From a virus (lineage: Duplodnaviria; Caudoviricetes), in IMG/VR virus record IMGVR_UViG_3300017761_005636, positions 14,693 to 78,692 of that record: 64,000 bases of DNA; one strand, given 5' to 3'. A model generated the notes under the pieces. That model saw only the letters and a program-made list of their open reading frames with translations, was not told where the DNA came from and searched no databases. Every line of letters starts with the position of its first letter. Position 1 is the first letter of the stretch. Below, piece by piece: positions 10,610 to 19,591 of this stretch. The position numbers were made by a program, and so were the translations under genes.

Positions 10610-10861
10610 TTAGTTTTTTGTTGTTCTATAGATGAACCAAAATGCACCTAAAAGAAAAATTGGTAAGATTCCTAATGTTAAATTTATCAAAAAAATATCC
10701 GTTATTAATTTAACACCAAAGAATTTCATAAATGAGAGTATAAATGTTGGTACAATCAAATATACGGCAAATTTTGGCAAAAAGAAATCAAAACCAACAA
10801 AAAGATGGTCTAAAATTTTGCCCAATCTGCTGTTTGCTATGTTATCTAAAAAATTTTTCAT
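10610..10861 (-). CDS. Small membrane protein (two predicted TM segments)
   Basis: Two hydrophobic stretches; overlaps the phoH stop codon by 4 nt. Confidence 0.55.
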   Translation of the reverse strand: MKNFLDNIANSRLGKILDHLFVGFDFFLPKFAVYLIVPTFILSFMKFFGVKLITDIFLINLTLGILPIFLLGAFWFIYRTTKN

Positions 10862-11613
10862 ATTGGTTTTTTTTCATCAAATAATTTAGTAATTTTTTGG
10901 ATTAGTTGGCTTCTCACGCAATCGGAATCAACGAATTCAATAACCTTAACATGGTCATCAAAATCTCTAAAGTGTTCAGTTAAAAACATTAATCCATTAT
11001 CTTTTTTATCTTTAAAATCTCTTTGGCGAATATCACCAATGATAATCATTTTAGCATCTTCTTCAAGACGAGTTAAAACTGTTTCAGTATTATCAACTGA
11101 TACGTTTTGGAATTCATCAAAGATGTTAATATTATCAAGGGATAGACCTCTTAGATTACCCATTGGAATTACTTCAATGATTTTTTCTTTGAATAGTATC
11201 TCTAATGCAATTGGGGATAATAGTTTATTTAATTGCATTGAATATGACATTAAGACATATTCTAATTTTTCTTCAACACCACCTGGTAGAATACCAATGT
11301 CTTCGTTTTGTAATTGTTTTAGAGGTTTAAATATCCTAATCTTTGTATATTCATTATCATGAGATAATAATAGGTTTATTGCTTGAACTAAAGCTAAAAA
11401 TGTTTTACCTGCTCCTGCAATACCTGTTGCAATAACATACATTGATTCATCGTCCAAAATATCTTTGATAAATTTTTCTTGATTTTCAGTTTTAGGAACT
11501 ATCTTTAGATATGGTTTTCCAACTTTTTTTCTAATCTCTTCTTTCTTTGCTCTTAGCCTATCGGCATCAGTTTCTTCGCCACCGTATTTTTTTACTTTCC
11601 TATTCACACGCAT
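10858..11613 (-). CDS. phoH: PhoH-family ATPase
   Basis: GIAGAGKT Walker A, DIGILPGGVEEK, LRGLSL, DEFQN, IIGDIRQRD, CVRS. Confidence 0.93.
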   Translation of the reverse strand: MRVNRKVKKYGGEETDADRLRAKKEEIRKKVGKPYLKIVPKTENQEKFIKDILDDESMYVIATGIAGAGKTFLALVQAINLLLSHDNEYTKIRIFKPLKQLQNEDIGILPGGVEEKLEYVLMSYSMQLNKLLSPIALEILFKEKIIEVIPMGNLRGLSLDNINIFDEFQNVSVDNTETVLTRLEEDAKMIIIGDIRQRDFKDKKDNGLMFLTEHFRDFDDHVKVIEFVDSDCVRSQLIQKITKLFDEKKPI

Positions 11614-11619
11614 TTGTTT

Positions 11620-12141
11620 TCATGTAAATAGGTTGTCTGAAAGATTTGTCTTTAAAAAACTTACTAATTTTTGGTCAAAATCTTTAATTTTTTGATAAGA
11701 AAGATTCATTTCTTTTATAATCGTCTTATTGTCATAGTGTTTCAAATATTTATATTCATAAAAATTTTTTAATGTTTCATCTTGACAAATTTTCATAATT
11801 TCACTAACAGAATTGAATTGAGTTTCATAATCAGAAGTAATGTAAACAGGCTCAAGCCTTTCTATATTATTTTCTAATGATGTATATTTTTTGTATTTTT
11901 TTCTATTAATTTTTCTAACATAATCATAAAAGTGATTTTGTGTAACAGTATAAACCCAATTATCTAAAGTTTTTTTATTTAGTTTTTTGTGATAATTGAT
12001 AATAATCTTACTCATTGTTTCTGCACTTAAATCTTTTGATAATTGTGCATCGGATGTTTTTGAATAAAAATAATTAAGTACTAATTTTTCATATTTTTTA
12101 AAAATTTCTTTGTCTAATTTTTCTTTTTGTATATCTAACAT
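11620..12141 (-). CDS. ECF-type (group 4) sigma factor
   Basis: Region 2 pattern (DLSAETMSKI...LDNWVYTVTQNHFYDYVRK) and a region-4-like helix-turn-helix at the C-terminus; 173 aa. Confidence 0.7.
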   Translation of the reverse strand: MLDIQKEKLDKEIFKKYEKLVLNYFYSKTSDAQLSKDLSAETMSKIIINYHKKLNKKTLDNWVYTVTQNHFYDYVRKINRKKYKKYTSLENNIERLEPVYITSDYETQFNSVSEIMKICQDETLKNFYEYKYLKHYDNKTIIKEMNLSYQKIKDFDQKLVSFLKTNLSDNLFT

Positions 12142-12167
12142 TTATTTCCATATAATAAAACATTTAA

Positions 12168-13139
12168 TTATTGTTTTAAATTTGATTTCATTAAGTCAAA
12201 TATATAATTTTTTCCGTAGTTTTGCATATTTTTATTTAAATCATTATCATCATTATACGTTTGAACTTTAACATTTGTTAAACCCAGACTCAATAATCGT
12301 TCCTGAATTTCTAAAGATGAATTTGGTGTCATATTATAATTAAAATTTTGTCTTTTTTCTATTGCATCGGGATTTAATAATATTACAACATTTGGTTTAT
12401 ATTTTATTAATTTTGAAAGTATATTATCATAAAGAGATTTGCCCAATAAAACTATAGTATTAACAGGTATAGTTGTATATTCAAAATATGCTTCAACAAT
12501 ATAAACAGTAGCATTCCAATTAATATTTTTTTCATTAAAAATTATCTCTCTTTTATCAGCTTTAGGTAATTTATATGCTTGATACTTTTCAACATCATCT
12601 TTAAATGTTCTAGTGATATAATAGTTGAGTTTATTTTGTGAATCATATGATGGAATTACAATTCTATCTTTATAAAACCCTTCAAGACAAAAACCTATTT
12701 TATCTTTTTTAATAATAGAATCAGTAACCTTTCTTTTATTTTTAATATAATCATATGCTTCCATATGTAACGGATTATTCTTGTCAACATTTTGAAAACT
12801 AATAAATTCTTTTGGTAGTTTAAATACTTTAAATTTTTTTATTTGAGAAAGAATCATAGGTTCATTCTCATATTTTAAAAATTCATCTATTTGTTGTTTA
12901 TTTGCATATCTTTTAAAAACAAAAAAAAGTGGACCTGATAGACCGCACTTCCAACATTTGCAAACTTTATTGTATTTTCCTTTATTATTTAATGCAATAT
13001 TAACTTCAAGGTTGTATTTGTTATCACAAACACCATAATTTAATTTGGAACATTGGGGACAATTAAATTGTAATTGGACTGATGAGTTATCTTTAGGATA
13101 TCCAAAGACAGATTCAAGCAAATTATAAATCATTGCCAA
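12168..13139 (-). CDS. dnaG: DNA primase (zinc finger + TOPRIM), divergent active site
   Basis: CPQC...CWKC zinc finger, RIVIPSYD, YYITR, and a TOPRIM-like YIVEAYFE...LLGKSL...LLNPDA. Confidence 0.8.
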   Translation of the reverse strand: MAMIYNLLESVFGYPKDNSSVQLQFNCPQCSKLNYGVCDNKYNLEVNIALNNKGKYNKVCKCWKCGLSGPLFFVFKRYANKQQIDEFLKYENEPMILSQIKKFKVFKLPKEFISFQNVDKNNPLHMEAYDYIKNKRKVTDSIIKKDKIGFCLEGFYKDRIVIPSYDSQNKLNYYITRTFKDDVEKYQAYKLPKADKREIIFNEKNINWNATVYIVEAYFEYTTIPVNTIVLLGKSLYDNILSKLIKYKPNVVILLNPDAIEKRQNFNYNMTPNSSLEIQERLLSLGLTNVKVQTYNDDNDLNKNMQNYGKNYIFDLMKSNLKQ

Positions 13140-13965
13140 TAATTTTTAAAGCCTTGTCGTGAATTTTTTTAATTTGCTTTTCTTTTATATTGAGTAAATT
13201 ACCAATCTGTTTGAAATTTAATTCAGGTTTTTCATCAAATCCATAAGTGTAACAGATAACCAATTTTTCAATTATATTCAATTTCTTAAAATTAATATTA
13301 TTTAAATCAGATAAAGAATATATGAAATTTTCATCCATGATTGTTGATAATAATAAATCCTCATAATTTAAACCTTCGTCTGAATTTAAAGAAGTATTAA
13401 TTGAAACAATATTATTATCATCAATAGCATTGATTGATTTTGCCAATATTTCACTTGCAGTATTTTCTCCAATATCTTCTCTTATATCATCAATAGTTGG
13501 TTCAAAACCATATTGATTATAAAATTTGTTTCTTGCTTTGAGAAATTTTTGATTTACAGTATGTGATTTGATTGGTTGTTTAATCATTTTAGATTCTTTA
13601 CCAATACCTTCTAAAATAGACTGTTTAATCCACCATACAGCGTATGTACTGAATTGAAATCCTTTATATGGGTCAAAGTCTTCAACCGCCCTTATTAGTC
13701 CAATAGTGCCTGTATTAATTATATCGTTAAGTTCGTAAAAATAACCATTATGATAATATTTGGATACATTGAGAACAAATCTTAAATTATTATTTATTAA
13801 CAATTTTTTTATTTCTGGACACTTTGTTTTTTGATATTTAAAAAACAAAACCATTTCATCTTTTTTAGAAATTAGTTTTATATTCCTGATTTCCTGATAA
13901 TAAAGCTTTAATGATTCTGATGTATCTTTTGTTATTTTGACTGATTTTGAATTGATGCTTTTCAT
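13123..13965 (-). CDS. rpoD: RpoD-like sigma-70 factor of Bacteroidota type (no region 1.1)
   Basis: SLKLYYQEI, NLRFVLNVSKYY, GTIGLIRAVEDFDPYKGFQFSTYAVWWIKQSI (regions 1.2-2.4) and a region 4 HTH. Confidence 0.85.
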   Translation of the reverse strand: MKSINSKSVKITKDTSESLKLYYQEIRNIKLISKKDEMVLFFKYQKTKCPEIKKLLINNNLRFVLNVSKYYHNGYFYELNDIINTGTIGLIRAVEDFDPYKGFQFSTYAVWWIKQSILEGIGKESKMIKQPIKSHTVNQKFLKARNKFYNQYGFEPTIDDIREDIGENTASEILAKSINAIDDNNIVSINTSLNSDEGLNYEDLLLSTIMDENFIYSLSDLNNINFKKLNIIEKLVICYTYGFDEKPELNFKQIGNLLNIKEKQIKKIHDKALKIIGNDL

Positions 13966-13981
13966 GAAAAGGAGATAATAG

Positions 13982-14012
13982 CAAATCTAAGAAAAAAATA
14001 AATAAAAGCAAA
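13982..14012 (-). promoter_or_regulatory. Bacteroidota primary-sigma promoter (-33 TTTG / -7 TAnnTTTG)
   Basis: The minus strand reads TTTG (14012-14009), a 19-nt spacer, then TAGATTTG (13989-13982), ending 16 nt before the sigma ATG. Confidence 0.75.
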
Positions 14013-14019
14013 TAAAATT

Positions 14020-14319
14020 TTAGCTTTTTTTATTATATCTTTCATTTAAAATGATAATCAATTCTGACCATCGTTTTTCTATTGACATAATATTTTTTTC
14101 AAGATGTTCGCCTCTTTTTTTGTAATCTTCTTTTTTAACATTTTTGAAAAAGAAGTCATCCTCAATTGGTTGATTTTCAATATCTTCCAATAAAGAATTC
14201 AATTCATTTTGGTTTTTATCAAACTCATCAACTAGGTAGTTAATTGTTTGAGTTATATTTTCGTTTTTCTCTTTTAAAAAGGAAGAGATAGGTCTTTCTA
14301 AGATTTCATTTAATTTCAT
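14020..14319 (-). CDS. Hypothetical coiled-coil protein
   Basis: 99-aa ORF with an A-rich start context; ATATTTAT motif variant upstream. Confidence 0.55.
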   Translation of the reverse strand: MKLNEILERPISSFLKEKNENITQTINYLVDEFDKNQNELNSLLEDIENQPIEDDFFFKNVKKEDYKKRGEHLEKNIMSIEKRWSELIIILNERYNKKS

Positions 14320-14340
14320 AATATATAAATATAAAATAAT

Positions 14341-14739
14341 TTATTGAATAACACCACCACCGAATGAATAATTTACTGTTTTTCCATATAATGGACCTAT
14401 TGGTGTTGCAATAAGAACGTCAGTACCAGGAAAATCTGCTGTGTATACTTTACTGTATAATGTAATTTCATCAACAATAGCTTTTATAATTTCTCTTATT
14501 ATTTCATCATCATAATTTTTACTTCCATCAGGAAGTGTACCAACAAATAAACCAAGGTCTTTTTTCTTTTCTAAAACTTTAAACCATGCTCTATCAACCG
14601 ATATGCCAGGTCTTATTCTAGAATTTGTAACAGTAAATGATGGTATTGAACCAAAATTAGGCAACTCTTTTATTGATAATATATTATCTAATGCAATGAC
14701 TGCATTGTCCATTAATACTTTTGTATATTTTTCATTCAT
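14341..14739 (-). CDS. Hypothetical protein (possibly virion)
   Basis: Tightly packed in an operon downstream of the gp6-like wedge gene. Confidence 0.5.
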   Translation of the reverse strand: MNEKYTKVLMDNAVIALDNILSIKELPNFGSIPSFTVTNSRIRPGISVDRAWFKVLEKKKDLGLFVGTLPDGSKNYDDEIIREIIKAIVDEITLYSKVYTADFPGTDVLIATPIGPLYGKTVNYSFGGGVIQ

Positions 14740-14743
14740 AATT

Positions 14744-16015
14744 TTATATTTGTGCTATTGTTGGAATACTACCAACACCTGTTAATGAAAGTAATACTTT
14801 TGTACGTCTTTCTAATTGTTCTCTTAATAATTTTATTGCAACTGAAACAACTACTCTTAAAATATTCTTTTTAACCCAATTAAAAATTACACAAAAGAAC
14901 TCTTCATAAATCATATCAAAAATTTTTTCTAATAATGGTTTTAATTTTTGCATTATATCATTTATGTTACTTTCAAAATTAAAATTTAAATTTTGTAATT
15001 TTTCAAAGGTATTAATTATAAATAATATAACAGGTTGTTTTAAAATTATACTTAATAATGCTTCACCTAATGCGTTGATTAATTTCTTAAAGAAATCATT
15101 TTTTGCGTTTGTTAATGTTTCTTGAGTTGTTGAAACATTTAGTTCAGGTACTAAATCTGTAAATTTTTTTACGGTTGGTTGGGTAATTACATCATTTATT
15201 TGTTGTTGTGTAATTGTTATATTCTCCCTGTAACAACTTATATCAATATTATATCCTTCAATGGTAGAATCATTTTCAATATCTAATAATTTTTTTAAAT
15301 CTAACTTAAAAATATCATCACTTTCATAATTTGTATATGAACGAATTAGTGTCAAAACTTGTGCATCTTCTTTTTTAAAATTTGTATGAAATAAAATTTT
15401 TATAATTTCACTAACAACAATTGATGAATTAAACATTGGTCCTATCATACCTCTCATTCCCTCAAATAATTCTAAAAGCTTTATATCAGGTAATCCTAGT
15501 CTTATTTCATTTGTAGCATCATTATAATTCATTGAAATATTATATGGAATACCAACTAATGAAAAAGTTACATCTGAATTTGCTTTTGGTAATACTTGAG
15601 TTTTTATAAATTCAAAAAATGCATTTGTATTTTTTGTACCACCACTTAAATTACTATTTCTAAAACTATCAGTAGGGTCAATACTTTTAACAGGAATTTT
15701 CATTCCATTTTGTTTTATGTCGGGTGGTAAAACACCTTTTTCGGCTAAACTATTACCAATTAAATCATATAATTTATCACTTAAATCATTTAATTTATTC
15801 TGTGATAAAATTTTACTAAGAACTACTTGTGTTAAAACTTCTAATCCGTTTTCACCCACACTTGCTTTAACAATATCAAATAAAAAATCAACAGGACTAT
15901 TTGTAGTTGATAAAAGCGAATCAAAATTTTGACTATCAGTATCAACACTATTAGCTAAACTATAGTATATTTTTATTTTACTAATTATTTCCGATTTACT
16001 TGATGCTATACTCAT
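14744..16015 (-). CDS. Hypothetical protein (probably virion/baseplate-associated)
   Basis: 423-aa ORF starting 1 nt after the wedge gene; mostly helical pattern. Confidence 0.55.
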   Translation of the reverse strand: MSIASSKSEIISKIKIYYSLANSVDTDSQNFDSLLSTTNSPVDFLFDIVKASVGENGLEVLTQVVLSKILSQNKLNDLSDKLYDLIGNSLAEKGVLPPDIKQNGMKIPVKSIDPTDSFRNSNLSGGTKNTNAFFEFIKTQVLPKANSDVTFSLVGIPYNISMNYNDATNEIRLGLPDIKLLELFEGMRGMIGPMFNSSIVVSEIIKILFHTNFKKEDAQVLTLIRSYTNYESDDIFKLDLKKLLDIENDSTIEGYNIDISCYRENITITQQQINDVITQPTVKKFTDLVPELNVSTTQETLTNAKNDFFKKLINALGEALLSIILKQPVILFIINTFEKLQNLNFNFESNINDIMQKLKPLLEKIFDMIYEEFFCVIFNWVKKNILRVVVSVAIKLLREQLERRTKVLLSLTGVGSIPTIAQI

Positions 16016-16016
16016 A

Positions 16017-17834
16017 TTATCCTAATTTAGAAACTGTTATTTTTATATCCGTATTATATTTAATTTCAAAAATTCCATCATAAGAATTATAAAGTGTACC
16101 ATCTGATAAATCAATTTCTTTGGTTGTATCATCTAAAAAATTTGTATTCATCTGATTTTTTGAGTAAGTACCAGATACTTTATTAAAACATTTAATTGAA
16201 TTAATGTTTATTACATTAGGTACATTATTGATTGCTTCAATCAATCTACCAACATAAATATTTTCACCAATTTTAGATTTATATACAGAATGAAAATCTA
16301 AAACTTCTTTAATAACTCTAGCAATAATATCCAAATCATTTGTTGTTGTTTTTTCAACCAAAACATTAATATTATATGCTATATTATAAATTTGACCATC
16401 TTCAACTTCAATATAATCATTAACCATTCTGTATGATGTCAAAAATTCAGCAATATTTCCCTTTAAAAGGTCAGTAGATGTATTATTTAATTTACCATCA
16501 TTTCCTAAACCAATAATATTATAAATTATTTTATTATCTTTAAGTGATGTTGTAAATTTAAATGGAACACCATATCTACCATCCATTTTAAATAAAATTG
16601 CATAATAATCTTCTAATGTAACTGCTCTATTTTGTGCAGAATAATTATAAGAAATCATATTTCTTATTTCATCAATATTAAGTGAATCTTTTCCACCTAA
16701 AGCAGGAATTGGATTATTACAAGTTATTGAATTTATTACTGCTTGATTAATTGTATTGTTTATTCCATTAACAACAACATTTTTATTTGTAATAATATTT
16801 ACACTATTTGGACCAAGATTAGTATTAAATCCACCACCTGTTCTATATTTTATAAAAATAGTACTATTTGCAGGTATTTTTTCACCTAATGCATTATTAT
16901 ATAAATATGATTCAATTTTAGAAAAATTATCTAAATTTTCTAATGTATTATTGAATATATTTAAGTTACCATCACCTCCACCAAATGTTAATCTACAATT
17001 TCCATCTTCATTAAATTCTTTGATAAATTTTTTCTTTATTTTTTTCCAATTACCCTTTCTAACACCATTTTGTGATATTAAAGGTGATGTTTCAACAAAT
17101 TTTTCAGTTTCAGCTAAATAATCAACTTCAAAATATTGTAAATCTTGGTCATTAAAATCATCGCTCGTTGGTAATGTGGTAATATTACCACTTTTAACAA
17201 TAATTGATGTTATATCAATTATATCATCTTCAGGAAGAATAAGTTGATAAAATGGTACAGATTCATCAATGTTTATAAATCTTCTTGCAATCTTACTTGT
17301 ACCATTATAAACTATTTCTCTCTTTGCAATTCTATATGCTGTAATTTCACTAAAATTATTTTGGATTGGAATAATAGTTCTATTATTAATCCCTTCGTTA
17401 GACACTTGTAATGTAAAATCTACATCATGTAATAATTCAAAAGAAACATTACCATTAGTAAATTGTGTTCCAGCTTTTACTATGGGTAAATAACTATCGT
17501 TATATGAGTCATTTTGAGCAGGAACTATAGCCTCAATATCAATTAATGTAATTGATGGTTTTTTATTTGGTAATTTAATACCTAAGTTTTTAGCAATGTT
17601 GAATAGAGATTTTTTTAATTGTGCATTCTCAAGTTGTGTTTCTTGAAAAGTACGGTCAAGGTTAAAATATAACATTTCACTTGTACCTGCAAGAATATCA
17701 ACAAAGACAGACCCAACTGAATTATCCTCTAAATTTAGAAAAACATCGGGATAATTGGTTTTAACATAATTCTTTATCTCATCTTTTAATTCGTAAAAGT
17801 TTCTTTTGTTATAATTGAGAACAGTAGTTGCCAT
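16017..17834 (-). CDS. Baseplate wedge protein (T4 gp6 / baseplate J-like)
   Basis: YNKRNFYELKDEI...SVGSVFVDILA...ETQLENAQ...SLFNIAKNLG, YRTGGG...N and AQNRAVTLEDY motifs. Confidence 0.9.
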   Translation of the reverse strand: MATTVLNYNKRNFYELKDEIKNYVKTNYPDVFLNLEDNSVGSVFVDILAGTSEMLYFNLDRTFQETQLENAQLKKSLFNIAKNLGIKLPNKKPSITLIDIEAIVPAQNDSYNDSYLPIVKAGTQFTNGNVSFELLHDVDFTLQVSNEGINNRTIIPIQNNFSEITAYRIAKREIVYNGTSKIARRFINIDESVPFYQLILPEDDIIDITSIIVKSGNITTLPTSDDFNDQDLQYFEVDYLAETEKFVETSPLISQNGVRKGNWKKIKKKFIKEFNEDGNCRLTFGGGDGNLNIFNNTLENLDNFSKIESYLYNNALGEKIPANSTIFIKYRTGGGFNTNLGPNSVNIITNKNVVVNGINNTINQAVINSITCNNPIPALGGKDSLNIDEIRNMISYNYSAQNRAVTLEDYYAILFKMDGRYGVPFKFTTSLKDNKIIYNIIGLGNDGKLNNTSTDLLKGNIAEFLTSYRMVNDYIEVEDGQIYNIAYNINVLVEKTTTNDLDIIARVIKEVLDFHSVYKSKIGENIYVGRLIEAINNVPNVININSIKCFNKVSGTYSKNQMNTNFLDDTTKEIDLSDGTLYNSYDGIFEIKYNTDIKITVSKLG

Positions 17835-17849
17835 TTAATAGTTATTTAC

Positions 17850-17878
17850 CTTAAATAGTAAATTTTTTACTATTTATA
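17850..17878. promoter_or_regulatory. Back-to-back ACTATTTA motifs in a divergent intergenic region
   Basis: Minus-strand ACTATTTAAG (17859-17850) starts 25 nt before the wedge ATG. Plus-strand ACTATTTATA (17869-17878) starts 19 nt before ATG 17888. Confidence 0.6.
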
Positions 17879-17887
17879 ATAAACTAT

Positions 17888-18310
17888 ATGCCAAGACTTA
17901 AACGCTCCAAATTATCATTAACACAAGAAAGTATTGAGAAACATATGAATGAGGTTTATAGCATTCTTGAGAACTATAAACAAATGGGTGTGAGGCATTA
18001 TAATTTTGTGCTTCGTATTATTGAAGAGTTAGGCTCAGACAGCATTGAAGACCCTGTAAGGCTTCAATTAATGGCGCAGCTTGAGCAGTCAAGGAACAAT
18101 TCTTTGAATGCGTTTAAAGAGTATTTAAAGATGAAAACAGACTTAATTACCAAACATCTTAATAGTGTTAAAATATTTGGTGATTTAGATATTAAAACTA
18201 ATAAATCTAAAAATACTAGTGGTGATGATTCTTCTTTAAGTAAAGAAGACCAAGATGAGGTTCAGAAAATGATTCAAGAACTTATGACCATGAAGCAAAC
18301 TAAATTCTAA
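17888..18310 (+). CDS. Hypothetical coiled-coil protein (small-terminase-like size and shape, unproven)
   Basis: 140-aa helical ORF with the promoter motif upstream. Confidence 0.5.
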   Translation: MPRLKRSKLSLTQESIEKHMNEVYSILENYKQMGVRHYNFVLRIIEELGSDSIEDPVRLQLMAQLEQSRNNSLNAFKEYLKMKTDLITKHLNSVKIFGDLDIKTNKSKNTSGDDSSLSKEDQDEVQKMIQELMTMKQTKF

Positions 18311-18876
18311 CTAAAAATTATAGAATTTAATTTTTCTGTATTTAATGTTGGATTTGGTGAATATGAAAAAATATCTATATGATTTAAAAAGATAATTGAA
18401 TTATCTTCTTTATTCTTTATATTTATTTGTTTTAAATTCAAACCATGTTTATTTCCCAAATATAATATTAAATGACCAAGCGATTCGGTTTGGATTTTGG
18501 TGTATATTTCATAATAAGAAAATTCTTTACTTGATACAACTTCCTCAACATCTTTAACATCAATAATTTCATTGCACCAATTAAAAAATACATCATCTTC
18601 TTTTGAAAGTTTGCCTGAATTTTCAAGAGCAATAAAAATTGATGACTTGTTTATTTTTTCTATTGTTGTGAAATCAGAATAATATTTTTCATCAAATAAT
18701 TTATGAATACTACCATCTCTTTTTACAATATAAGAAGGGGTGTAATCTTTCTTTTTTAATGATAAAATGTATTTATCAAAATTGCTTCTTAAAGAATCAC
18801 AAATGATAATATATTTTTTCTCAGTCTCTGACTTTATAAAATTATCAATAGGATTGATTAGAATTTCTTTAAGCAT
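18307..18876 (-). CDS. Amidase_2-like (PGRP/T7-lysozyme fold) protein lacking the usual Zn ligands
   Basis: SYIVKRDGSIHKL, INKSSIFIALEN and YTKIQTESL match the amidase scaffold, but IICDS stands where IxHHT is expected. Confidence 0.55.
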   Translation of the reverse strand: MLKEILINPIDNFIKSETEKKYIIICDSLRSNFDKYILSLKKKDYTPSYIVKRDGSIHKLFDEKYYSDFTTIEKINKSSIFIALENSGKLSKEDDVFFNWCNEIIDVKDVEEVVSSKEFSYYEIYTKIQTESLGHLILYLGNKHGLNLKQINIKNKEDNSIIFLNHIDIFSYSPNPTLNTEKLNSIIFS

Positions 18877-19588
18877 CAATGCACAATCTTTTCATTACCT
18901 TTCCTGTTAAAGCAACATCCATTTCACAATAGTCAACAATCTTTTTTAGATTCTTTTCTTTGTGGAATGTTGAACCAACCATTGACCCATCCATTGTATC
19001 TTTATGTGTTTCAAGACCTAAACAACTGGCAACGGCATCCAAAGAAACAAAATTTCTTGTATTCATTTGCCATAAAAGAAATATATCTTTAAATTTTGCT
19101 GATAATTCCCAAGGTTTCTTGTCAAAAATTCTAAAAATAGGTGGGATTTGTTTAATATTATTAATAAATGCCCTTTTTATAATAAAAGGTACATCAAATG
19201 TATTAATATTATATCCAACAATGCAACTTGTTGGAGTTTTTGAAATCTTTTTGTTAATAAATGTAAAAAAGTTGTTAATAATTTCTGCTTCATTATATAC
19301 AGATGAGAATGAAATGGTTACTACTTCATCATCTTTGAATCCACCACAACTGATTACAACAATTTTACCATATTCTGAATAAAGAGGTGCTTTCTCAAAA
19401 TAAATTTTACTTAGAAGTTCATCAGTTAAGTCAGAACGATATTCATTATCAGCATACCATTTTGCTCTTTTTTGAAAACTTGCTGCTAATGCAGGTTTTA
19501 ATTTTTTACATTCTTCAAATGACGAAAATTCGGGTACGGTTTCAATGTCAATGATAATACCGTTTTCAATATCGTATCTTGTAATCAT
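18869..19588 (-). CDS. DEDD 3'-5' exonuclease (PolB-exo-like, standalone)
   Basis: IIIDIETVP (ExoI), VGYNINTFDVPFI (ExoII), YCEMDV (ExoIII). Confidence 0.85.
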   Translation of the reverse strand: MITRYDIENGIIIDIETVPEFSSFEECKKLKPALAASFQKRAKWYADNEYRSDLTDELLSKIYFEKAPLYSEYGKIVVISCGGFKDDEVVTISFSSVYNEAEIINNFFTFINKKISKTPTSCIVGYNINTFDVPFIIKRAFINNIKQIPPIFRIFDKKPWELSAKFKDIFLLWQMNTRNFVSLDAVASCLGLETHKDTMDGSMVGSTFHKEKNLKKIVDYCEMDVALTGKVMKRLCIDA

Positions 19589-19591
19589 AAA

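Noticed and set aside
14745-14752. TATATTTG on the + strand
   Set aside because: It lies inside the 3' end of a minus-strand gene, points at no + strand gene and has no -33 partner; chance occurrence is likely in AT-rich DNA.
17888-18310. Small terminase subunit call
   Set aside because: Only size, helicity and the late motif support it. No large terminase is nearby and no diagnostic motif is present, so it is left as hypothetical.
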